Of a stretch of 32,000 nucleotides of DNA, positions 7,883-15,196 are shown one piece after another. A program made the translations under genes and the position numbers. The DNA is from Crocosphaera subtropica ATCC 51142 (lineage in GTDB: Bacteria > Cyanobacteriota > Cyanobacteriia > Cyanobacteriales > Microcystaceae). Location of the stretch: positions 1,950,001 through 1,982,000 of the forward strand of contig NC_010546.1 of assembly GCF_000017845.1 (NCBI RefSeq). Direction: 5' to 3'. Position 1 is the first letter of the stretch. Each line of letters begins with the position of its first letter. Under the pieces are notes generated by a model. It did not search any database and was not told the DNA's origin. It saw only the letters and a list, made by a program, of their open reading frames with translations.

Positions 7883-8244
7883 GATCTTTAGTATTTTTAA
7901 ATTATTTTTCACTTCTTCAAAAATCCCCTCTCAGATACTTATCGTTCTCTTTAATTTGATCTTTTATAGAAATCACACCTATGTTTCAATCATTTTCTTG
8001 AGACTGAAGAAAAATCTAATATTCATTTTGATGAACTCATCAAGATATTCAAAATCATGTATATCGTTAAAATCTTGAAAATTACTTATTATTTTATTGA
8101 CTTTGTTTAGTAGAAATGCAAATGTTTTATAAAAGTTAAAAAATAGCATTATGACTAGGTTTGAGGGTTATTGGATCTGATGTGTAATTACACTACGAAC
8201 TATACAGATGTGTAATGAGGTGTGTAATTGTTAGGGGTGAAGTA

Positions 8245-8317
8245 AGCCACGTATCGGACTTGAACCGATGACCCCATCATTACGAGTGATGTGCTCTACC
8301 AACTGAGCTAACGTGGC
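8245..8317 (-). tRNA. tRNA-Thr (anticodon CGU)
   Basis: The reverse complement folds as a canonical cloverleaf: GCCACGT TA GCTC AGTTGGTA GAGC A CATCA CTCGTAA TGATG GGGTC ATCGG TTCAAGT CCGAT ACGTGGC T. CCA is not encoded. Confidence 0.95.
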
Positions 8318-8376
8318 CTGGAATCAGGTTACATTCATAATGTATCATATTCTAACAGTGTCAATAAAATTTTTGC

Positions 8377-8646
8377 ATGGAGAAACCACCTAAAAAGTCT
8401 CGTCAGTCTCGTCCTCAACTTGATCCTGAAAAATATGCGTCTTTAAAAGCAGAAGCGGAAGCCCCTTACAAGGGTTTGAGAAAATTTTTTTATATTGCCT
8501 TTGGTGCCTCTGGTTTTATTGGGGCTGTGGTATTTTTAGCTAAATTAGCTGCAGGAAAAGAAGTTGCTTCTACTTTACCGAATTTTGCTTTACAAGTAGG
8601 CGTTGTTGCACTCATGATCTTTTTGTTTCGCTTAGAAAGTAAGTAA
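8377..8646 (+). CDS. Small conserved two-TM membrane protein (possibly DUF3493-like)
   Basis: 89-aa ATG ORF. Basic N-terminus followed by two hydrophobic helices (FFYIAFGASGFIGAVVFLAKLA; FALQVGVVALMIFLF). Host-like composition. Confidence 0.65.
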   Translation: MEKPPKKSRQSRPQLDPEKYASLKAEAEAPYKGLRKFFYIAFGASGFIGAVVFLAKLAAGKEVASTLPNFALQVGVVALMIFLFRLESK

Positions 8647-8659
8647 CATTTTCCCTGTT

Positions 8660-8851
8660 TTAATCATCAATTAAAATCTCTCCTTCAAAAATTTGTTGTT
8701 GTAATTCGCGATATAATTTCATTTCTTCTCTGGTTACTTGGTGATCAGAACGAATCGCTGCTTTAATCTCTTCGTCTTCTTGGCTTGATAATCGACCATC
8801 AGTTAAGGCTCTTTCGATCATTTTTTGTATTTTGTTAGTATTAGCATCCAT
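8660..8851 (-). CDS. Small acidic hypothetical protein
   Basis: 63-aa ATG ORF, helical and charged (TDGRLSSQEDEEIKAAI...). Convergent with the 8377 gene. No recognisable catalytic motif. Confidence 0.55.
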   Translation of the reverse strand: MDANTNKIQKMIERALTDGRLSSQEDEEIKAAIRSDHQVTREEMKLYRELQQQIFEGEILIDD

Positions 8852-9127
8852 TGTCCTGTCCCCCCATCTTTCATGGATTAACTATCAACTCAGTATATAT
8901 CAGTTTTTGAGATAGTGAACTAAGCTACTCTGTATGTTCCTATTATATTCTTGTGACTAACTTTGAACCATAACTAATTTCTAAACAGATTGGCAACATA
9001 TTTACATTTTGTGCGTCTTGAGAAAACAAGCTTATTTTTCATAACTTGTTCCTCACTTATTTTGCCAATTCTCATGACAATTTTTAAATCATTTTTTACT
9101 CCTTCTTGTTTAGCTACTTTGTGTTTC

Positions 9128-9457
9128 ATGACTCTACCGAGTGAAGCGGTAACCCGTTCGAGTTTATATCTTCCCAATAAAAATTTTTGTGCAGTTTATC
9201 AAGGCAGAATTAATAATGAACATCAATTTGTTCTCTGGGTCAATCAAGAAGATGAATTGAGGGTTCAAGCTAATGATTATTTAGAGGTTGCTGTTAGTCA
9301 TCAAGGCAATGTCATCACCCCTTATCAAGTAGATTCAGCTAAGAAACCCATGATTTCCCAATGGTTTTATCATACAAAAGTGCAACAAAAACATATCATT
9401 TCAGTCAAAGGAAATACCTCTAAAGCTAATATTCGCCTCTGTCTTTACCAAAAATAA
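9128..9457 (+). CDS. Hypothetical protein (start uncertain)
   Basis: Only the C-terminal ~95 aa of track ORF 8990..9457 look protein-like (NKNFCAVYQGRINNEHQFVLWVNQEDELRVQANDYLEVAVSHQGNV...). The first in-frame ATG is at 9128. The upstream TTG-started part is F/L/S/C-rich antisense-like sequence. Confidence 0.3.
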   Translation: MTLPSEAVTRSSLYLPNKNFCAVYQGRINNEHQFVLWVNQEDELRVQANDYLEVAVSHQGNVITPYQVDSAKKPMISQWFYHTKVQQKHIISVKGNTSKANIRLCLYQK

Positions 9458-9825
9458 TTGATTTCTGTCCAAAATCTTACTCTTTTGACATCTTGCACCT
9501 GCTTAAAAACTACTTAATTGGGAGAAGTAAGAGAAAACATCAACCCATCACAGAGCTTGATTTTGACTCTCGGTATTTTTAAATTGAAGTTTTTTATACT
9601 TTTCTTTAAGTTTTTTAAGTTAGGTCAGGATGTTAATTTATATCATAAATTGTTAAGCAATATTTTTAATGAAAAATTAACATTTTAGGGCTTGAAAAAC
9701 CGATAATTCTTGCTTAAATTGACTTACTGCTTTAGTAATTACCTAAAAGAATCTACTATTTCGTTACATAAATTTAGGTAATAATACTGCAACCTTAGAT
9801 GTTTAAATAATCGGGAAAATAAAAA

Positions 9826-10881
9826 ATGATCAATAAACAGCTTGGAATTATCGGTGCGATCTCTGTCGGGTTTATTACGGGAACTACCTTACCCGCTTAT
9901 ACTGCTAATTTGAACTATTTTTACGATCCCTCTAATAGTGTTGCCAATAATGCGCTGAACTTAACTGATAATATCCTGAATGTCATCAATTATTACGAAG
10001 GACTACAGGGTGATTTTTCGTCAGAAGCAGAAATGATTGTTAGGGATACATTTGTTAATCTCTCGAACTATATGGGAACAGATGGACTTGATAACGCTAT
10101 AGCAGCAGGTTTTCGTCCTTTTACCCCTATATTTAAAGGACACGGCGTTCATTATGTTAAACCATTGAATATTCTTGATCCTGCTAAGGCCACTGAACCT
10201 ATCGGTTTAAATTTTGATGAACACGGAAATTTAGTAGCAGCATTTTATTTTCAGGAACAGCACGTCATCAATGGACCAGGGACAGGTTTCTACAGCACGC
10301 TTGAAGACATTGAACCCAATGAACTTATCACCCACTATCAAAACTTTAAAGAGGATTATAATACCTCTGCGCCAGATATTTTTGACGATTTTGGTAATTT
10401 AGCAGCTTGGCACACTCATAATGATGTAAAAATTGATAATATCGGGTCTTTAGATTCAGAAGAGGTAGTTTTTGGCCAAGATTTATCAGACCAAGAATGG
10501 GTACACGCACTCTTGACTGGACTAGGTGATGATGACATTGATCTTGCTATCTACGAACAAGAACAATCTGATCCCTCTGATCCGTCTCAATACCCTTTTT
10601 ATAATACTCTGATGACTCCTGGCTTTCATATGATTCATATCTGGTTAGGAGCAGAAAATCAGGATGGTTTATTTGCAGGGACTCACGATGATGTTGCACC
10701 GAATGCGGTGGACGAACATGGGGGTCACGGGGGTCATGGTGGACATGGAAATGGCGGTATTCCCTCCGAACCGCAAGACCCTGTCAGTGTTCCTGAACCC
10801 TCTGTTTTAGGGATGTTAGCCACCAGTGGATTGTTGGGTTTGGTATCAGCTTTAAAACGTCGCTTCAACAAAGCTAAATAA
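9826..10881 (+). CDS. Secreted PEP-CTERM-anchored protein with a (HGG)3HG repeat
   Basis: 351-aa ATG ORF. N-terminal signal peptide (IIGAISVGFITGTTLPAYTA). C-terminal VPEPS (10789-10803) + hydrophobic helix + KRRFNKAK is the PEP-CTERM sorting signal. HGGHGGHGGHG lies at 10717-10749. Confidence 0.85.
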   Translation: MINKQLGIIGAISVGFITGTTLPAYTANLNYFYDPSNSVANNALNLTDNILNVINYYEGLQGDFSSEAEMIVRDTFVNLSNYMGTDGLDNAIAAGFRPFTPIFKGHGVHYVKPLNILDPAKATEPIGLNFDEHGNLVAAFYFQEQHVINGPGTGFYSTLEDIEPNELITHYQNFKEDYNTSAPDIFDDFGNLAAWHTHNDVKIDNIGSLDSEEVVFGQDLSDQEWVHALLTGLGDDDIDLAIYEQEQSDPSDPSQYPFYNTLMTPGFHMIHIWLGAENQDGLFAGTHDDVAPNAVDEHGGHGGHGGHGNGGIPSEPQDPVSVPEPSVLGMLATSGLLGLVSALKRRFNKAK

Positions 10882-10918
10882 GTGATATCCAACAACACAG
10901 GGATTGTCTTCAGATTAT

Positions 10919-11296
10919 TTAACCTGCCCAGGTTTTCAATAACCATCCTAAGACGATCCCTAACCCCCCAAAGCGAACAATTTGCCAAAACACTTCCCCT
11001 AATAGTCCTTGGCGAATTCCTTCCCATAAAAGGGTTTTTACGTCGTCCTCGGTTAATAAGTTACTTTCTAGGGTAATGGTTAACTGTTGTAGTTCTTCGT
11101 TAATTTTCTGCACCTCTACCATCTCTTGTGGGGACAAGGTACTTAATCTTTCTTCTAAGTTTAATTTTTGTTTTTGAGCTTGTTGAACCTGTTTGTAGCG
11201 TTCTTTAAGCTTTAGCAGCGATCGCTCTACTTCCATCAAAGCGGTTTCAAATTCTTCGTCAGGGTTTGGGGACTGATTAGATTCAAGAGGAGACAT
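10919..11296 (-). CDS. Coiled-coil hypothetical protein with C-terminal TM helix
   Basis: 125-aa ATG ORF. K/E/Q-rich heptad-like region, then FWQIVRFGGLGIVLGWLL. Contains a HIP1 site (11218-11225). Confidence 0.65.
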   Translation of the reverse strand: MSPLESNQSPNPDEEFETALMEVERSLLKLKERYKQVQQAQKQKLNLEERLSTLSPQEMVEVQKINEELQQLTITLESNLLTEDDVKTLLWEGIRQGLLGEVFWQIVRFGGLGIVLGWLLKTWAG

Positions 11297-11370
11297 TCTC
11301 GCTACAGTTATTAGTTAAACTTAAGGTAGAGCAATCTTACAGTTGCTCTACTCTTATCTTAAACTTAACG

Positions 11371-11652
11371 ATGTCTTCTATGTCTGAAGTTTTCCAAACC
11401 GAGTCACTACAATCCGTTTCCTCCCTAGAACTCGCTCAAGCTCTAGCGCAACAGTTAAGTATTACTCCCAATGATTGGCACCGGCTTAAAGGCGATCGCC
11501 AAGCACAGGCAAAACAGCAATTAGCAACGGCTTTAGTGTTTTTGCTCAACAATCAGCCCGATGAAGCTTTAGCCCACATTAACCAGGCTGCTGGATGGCT
11601 GGATCGCTCAGTCTCTCCCCTTCCTTGTCCTGGCCATGGAACGAAAGGCTAA
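11371..11652 (+). CDS. Conserved hypothetical protein
   Basis: 93-aa ATG ORF of host-like composition with a HIP1 site (11492-11499). Divergent from the 10919..11296 gene. Confidence 0.6.
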   Translation: MSSMSEVFQTESLQSVSSLELAQALAQQLSITPNDWHRLKGDRQAQAKQQLATALVFLLNNQPDEALAHINQAAGWLDRSVSPLPCPGHGTKG

Positions 11653-11663
11653 AAATTCACACT

Positions 11664-11700
11664 CCCCATCTAATTGATAAATGTTAAAGGTTAGATGGGG
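11664..11700. terminator. 10-bp perfect hairpin between convergent genes (possible bidirectional terminator)
   Basis: ccccatctaa (11664-11673) / ttagatgggg (11691-11700) with a 17-nt loop. Abuts the cyclase stop codon. There is no strong T-tract on either side. Confidence 0.35.
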
Positions 11701-12777
11701 TTAGGCAAACCAAGATTGATTCATATTTAATAGATTTTCTAAGTCTTGAAAAGTAATACCATAAGTAACCGTAGGTTGTTCATAACCCTTAAGATTAACG
11801 ATGTACTGACAAAACAATTTGTCTATGTTTTGGAACTCTACAGAATAGAGATAGGTTTCCTCTCCAATGGCTACATCTAACCCTAACTCCTTAGTAGCCG
11901 ACTCTAAGCGAAATGCTGCGTTAACGGTGTCTCCAATGGCAGTATAGTCAGGATGATCTCCACTGCCTGTATTACCTACCATTGAATAGCCAGTATTAAT
12001 TCCTGCCCCAATTTTTAATTCAAAGGGAACTGGATATTCTTGACTTAGCTGTTTGGTCATCTGGTTAAGATCCCGTACGGCTTGGAAAACTTGCATCACG
12101 TCAGCTTGGGTGACTTCATTTTCTCCGTGAAACCAAATGGCCATTACTGCATCACCAATGTATTTATCGACCCAACTCCCTGCGTTACGAATAATTTCCC
12201 CTGCCTGACGAAACCAATTCCCAATTAAAGAGGATAAGATTTCTTCGTCTAATTGTCGTGTTAAGGTGGTAAAGTTCCTCATATCTACCACCATTACAGA
12301 GGTTAAGCGACGTTCATGCAAAACCATAGTATCGTGATCAACGAAGTCTGGATGAGTGATACCGCTACGATCTCTTGGAGGACTATGAAAAGCAACATTG
12401 GTTTTGCCAAAGGTAACTTTATCCCCACTTTTCAGGGTGACAGGAATACCCACACGACGATCATTGACAAAGGTTCCGTTACGACTCCCTAGATCGATCA
12501 GTAAAAAATCCCCCGTTTCAGTGGATTGCAAAATAGCATGGTTACGGGAAATACAGTGATCTCCAATAGAAAAATCGTTGTCTTTTCCTCGACCAATCGT
12601 CCAATAGTTCTTACCCACCAAAGGAAAATAACGTTTACCTTTAGCAATGTCTAACAGCAGATGGGGAGTATTGGCGAGATTATCCACAGATATTTGAGAG
12701 GGTGGCAGTAGGACAACAATCAAAGGGACACGGCCTATTTCATTGTACCGACTTACGCAAAAGAAGCAGCAAACCAA
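11701..12777 (-). CDS. FHA-domain class III adenylate/guanylate cyclase (Cya1-like)
   Basis: FHA motifs WTIGRGKDNDFSIGDHCISRNHAIL...DLGSRNGTFVN. Cyclase core LTSVMVVDMRNFTTLT...KYIGDAVMAIWF...GINTGYSMVGNTGS...YTAIGDTVNAAFRLES. The track start at 12777 is a TTG giving an odd VCCFFCVSRY leader, so a shorter start (TTG 12723) is more likely. Confidence 0.9.
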   Translation of the reverse strand: MVCCFFCVSRYNEIGRVPLIVVLLPPSQISVDNLANTPHLLLDIAKGKRYFPLVGKNYWTIGRGKDNDFSIGDHCISRNHAILQSTETGDFLLIDLGSRNGTFVNDRRVGIPVTLKSGDKVTFGKTNVAFHSPPRDRSGITHPDFVDHDTMVLHERRLTSVMVVDMRNFTTLTRQLDEEILSSLIGNWFRQAGEIIRNAGSWVDKYIGDAVMAIWFHGENEVTQADVMQVFQAVRDLNQMTKQLSQEYPVPFELKIGAGINTGYSMVGNTGSGDHPDYTAIGDTVNAAFRLESATKELGLDVAIGEETYLYSVEFQNIDKLFCQYIVNLKGYEQPTVTYGITFQDLENLLNMNQSWFA

Positions 12778-13475
12778 AATAGACTATCTACTAAGATTGT
12801 ACTTAATACCGCACCCGCTAACGCCCACCAATGATGATCGGATTTTTGCATGGCCCATAAACCCATACCTAATAGTCCATTGGCTAATACCACTGCCCAA
12901 CTGGTTCCCCAAGGGGTTTGCACTTGTTCTAATGCGGATTGAAAAATAGGGGTGGCTAGACTGGGGTCAACTTGCATCAGTTGTCGCCAATGGGGAATCA
13001 GTCCCGTCACATAAAAATAAGCATCGGTGATAGCAGTTCCTAACAGGGAACCAACATAAAAGAAATTACCCACTTGTCCCCATCCTCGCCACAGACACCA
13101 CACAGCAATAGGAATGCCGATAGATTCGATGGGAAGATGGATAAAGGGTTCCCAACGAAACCAACCCCAATAGATCGCACCGGCTAGCCAACTCCAACTA
13201 AACCCAAATAACAAATCTCCCCATAAATGGGTCTTGGGTCGCTTCATCAGATAAAAAGCTAACCATAACCATCCCCCCGTCATGATCACGCTGATTTCAG
13301 GGCAGAAACGCACTAAGGGGGCTTCTATAAATACGGGAACAGACACCAAAAAACCGGCAGCTAAAAATGTTAGCCAATTTTTGACTATTGGGCGACTGAA
13401 AAACGGTTCACCCGCAGAGGCATGATCTGAGGACGTTAAAGAATGAGTGGTCACGGTGGATGGGGTAGAAATCAA
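12753..13475 (-). CDS. Multi-pass integral membrane protein, cyanobacteria-conserved type (possibly DUF3120-like)
   Basis: 240-aa ORF (TTG start; GTG alternative at 13454). About 6-7 hydrophobic, W-rich helices. Host-like composition. Confidence 0.7.
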   Translation of the reverse strand: MISTPSTVTTHSLTSSDHASAGEPFFSRPIVKNWLTFLAAGFLVSVPVFIEAPLVRFCPEISVIMTGGWLWLAFYLMKRPKTHLWGDLLFGFSWSWLAGAIYWGWFRWEPFIHLPIESIGIPIAVWCLWRGWGQVGNFFYVGSLLGTAITDAYFYVTGLIPHWRQLMQVDPSLATPIFQSALEQVQTPWGTSWAVVLANGLLGMGLWAMQKSDHHWWALAGAVLSTILVDSLFWFAASFA

Positions 13476-13739
13476 CGTTTGTTAACCTTTATGTATATTA
13501 TGAGTTTTTCTTTACTTTACTTAACTTATCGCAAAACTTCTTCTTAGGGTATATCCCCTAGGGGGGCATACGATTTTATAGTAACGAAATTCTCTAGATC
13601 CGTCAATGCGTAGGGGTTGAACGGTGTTATGACTCTATTACAGTGTTATGCCCTGAGAAAAATTTATAGGGTTATAATATTGTTAAGTTTCTGAGCATAA
13701 TTATTTTAAAGATAAAAATCGTGAAATAAAAATAATAAT

Positions 13740-14330
13740 ATGACCACACAATTAAATCTAGAAACTAACTCGACGGCTGAACAAATTATTGTTTTTCCAG
13801 GCTGCTATCATTGGCAACAGTTTAAAACCATACAATCTATTATTAATGAACAATCAACCGCAAAAATAAGTTAGTTAGATGGACAAATTGAACTGATAAC
13901 AACAGGAGAAGATCATCAAAGAATTAAAACGATATTAGGTTTTTTAATTGAACTTTATTTATGTGAAAAAGAGATTGACTATCTTCCTGTCGGAAGTGCA
14001 ACCCGTGAAGCAGAAATAAAAGGCGCATCTTTTCAACCTGATGAATCTTATTATCTCGATAAAACTAGAAAAAATCCTGATTTAGCGATAGAAGTTATCT
14101 TCACCAGTGGAGGAATTAATAAGTTAGAAAAATATAAACGCTTTGAGGTTACTGAAGTTTGGTTTGGGCAAAATAATCAGTTATCAATTTACTATTTGAA
14201 CAATGGCGAATATAAACAGGTTAATCACAGTATTGTATTACCTGAATTAGATATTAATGTGTTAGTAAAATGCGTTAGTTTGCCTTCTAGACCACAAGCT
14301 AAAAAGATTTTTATGGAAGGGTTAAGATGA
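13740..14330 (+). pseudogene. Uma2-family (DUF820) endonuclease gene interrupted by one in-frame TAG
   Basis: Hand translation from ATG 13740: MTTQLNLETNSTAEQIIVFPGCYHWQQFKTIQSIINEQSTAKIS*LDGQIELITTGEDHQRIKTILGFLIELYL...FQPDESYYL...NPDLAIEVIFTSGGINKLEKYKRFEVTEVWFGQNN...YYLNNGEYKQV...LPELD...*. The stop TAG at 13872-13874 sits where the family has Tyr (ISYLDG). The frame is otherwise intact to TGA 14328-14330. Confidence 0.8.
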
Positions 14331-14341
14331 TTCTTAAATCT

Positions 14342-14650
14342 CTAAGATGAGACTAACTTTCTAACTAATTCTATATCTAATTGTAATAAATTAGCCGTTT
14401 GTTCAATCGTAAATCCTTGTTTAATCAAACTAGGAATTAATTCTAATTTTGCCTCAAGTTTACCCTCTATTTTACCTTCATCACGGGCTTCTTGATAAAA
14501 GCGTGTTTGTTTTAAATCATTTAATCCTAACATTTCTTCGATTTCCTCCCGACTTTTCTCTGGAGACTTATAGATAACAATAGTTTCTATTAAATTAAGA
14601 ACATTTTGGCGAATGGGTTCATCGGTAAGTTCTTCTGTTGCTTGATTCAA
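14342..14650 (-). CDS. Rpn-family (PD-(D/E)XK putative transposase) C-terminal, DUF4351-like fragment; probably a 5'-truncated remnant
   Basis: 102 aa with a TTG start and an in-frame stop only 5 codons upstream (14666-14668). IETIVIYKSPEKSREEIEEMLGLNDLKQTRFYQEARDEGKIEGK is the characteristic C-terminal block of this family. The ~180-aa N-terminal nuclease domain is absent. Confidence 0.5.
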   Translation of the reverse strand: MNQATEELTDEPIRQNVLNLIETIVIYKSPEKSREEIEEMLGLNDLKQTRFYQEARDEGKIEGKLEAKLELIPSLIKQGFTIEQTANLLQLDIELVRKLVSS

Positions 14651-14740
14651 TAATTGTTGACTTTTTTAAAAAATATCGCCTAATTTATTTTGTTTTCATT
14701 ATAATATACTTGTTATTTCAGTATCTGTAAAGATTAAACA

Positions 14741-15160
14741 ATGAAAGATTCTCATAAAATATCACAATCTATCTCTAATGTGGGCTTTATATCAGGAGGA
14801 ATACAGGCAGCAATTGGCGATAATATACAAAATATGACAACTGTATCTGATCAGGAAAATAATACTTTTTCTTCAACAGAGATGATTAAATTATTATCTC
14901 AAATAGAAAAAGTAATTAAAAATACTGATTTTCCTCCCGAAGCAGAAGAAATGAAAAGGAAAATTGAGCATTATGTAACACAATCTAAAATGGAAGCTGA
15001 AATTAAGAATCCTGACAAGCAATTTATTCGTACTAAACTAGAACAAGTATCTACCGACATAGAAAAAGCGAGTAAGACTTTTGATTCTGTTAGCAATTTA
15101 TGGCGAAAAGTTAAGCCACTATGTTTAAAATTATTAGGGTTATTGAGTAACATGGTATAA
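14741..15160 (+). CDS. Orphan helical protein, first gene of a two-gene cassette
   Basis: 139-aa ATG ORF, very AT-rich. N-terminal GGIQAAIGDNIQN (14795-14815 core), then an E/K-rich helical region ending LCLKLLGLL. Confidence 0.55.
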   Translation: MKDSHKISQSISNVGFISGGIQAAIGDNIQNMTTVSDQENNTFSSTEMIKLLSQIEKVIKNTDFPPEAEEMKRKIEHYVTQSKMEAEIKNPDKQFIRTKLEQVSTDIEKASKTFDSVSNLWRKVKPLCLKLLGLLSNMV

Positions 15161-15196
15161 AAAAAGTTTAAGTTTAATTCGTGGAGAAGGTAGAAG

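Noticed and set aside
7881-8078. Track ORF 7881..8078 (+), 65 aa
   Set aside because: It has a TTG start immediately at the T-tract of the operon terminator and an F/I/L/S-rich low-complexity peptide in an AT-rich spacer. There is no RBS.
2809-8228. CRISPR array or other spacer-repeat structure (18-mer duplication, TGTGTAAT triplet)
   Set aside because: The 18-mer has only two abutting copies with no spacers, and the octamer repeats are too short and irregular. No CRISPR-like array was seen anywhere in the window.
8990-9127. N-terminal 46 codons of track ORF 8990..9457
   Set aside because: It has a TTG start, and the F/L/S/C-rich sequence mirrors the opposite-strand ORF. Only the part after ATG 9128 was retained, at low confidence.
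9738-9782. 10-bp inverted repeat attacctaaa / tttaggtaat upstream of the PEP-CTERM gene as an operator
   Set aside because: It is an AT-rich repeat with a 25-nt loop in very AT-rich intergenic DNA, so chance occurrence is plausible and no partner regulator is evident.
10734-11076. Track ORFs 10734..11027 (-) and 10882..11076 (+)
   Set aside because: They overlap the PEP-CTERM gene end and the 10919..11296 coiled-coil gene in other frames or on the other strand. The supported genes explain the region.
12743-12949. Track ORF 12743..12949 (+)
   Set aside because: It is antisense to the 3' end of the multi-pass membrane-protein gene and has no supporting signals.
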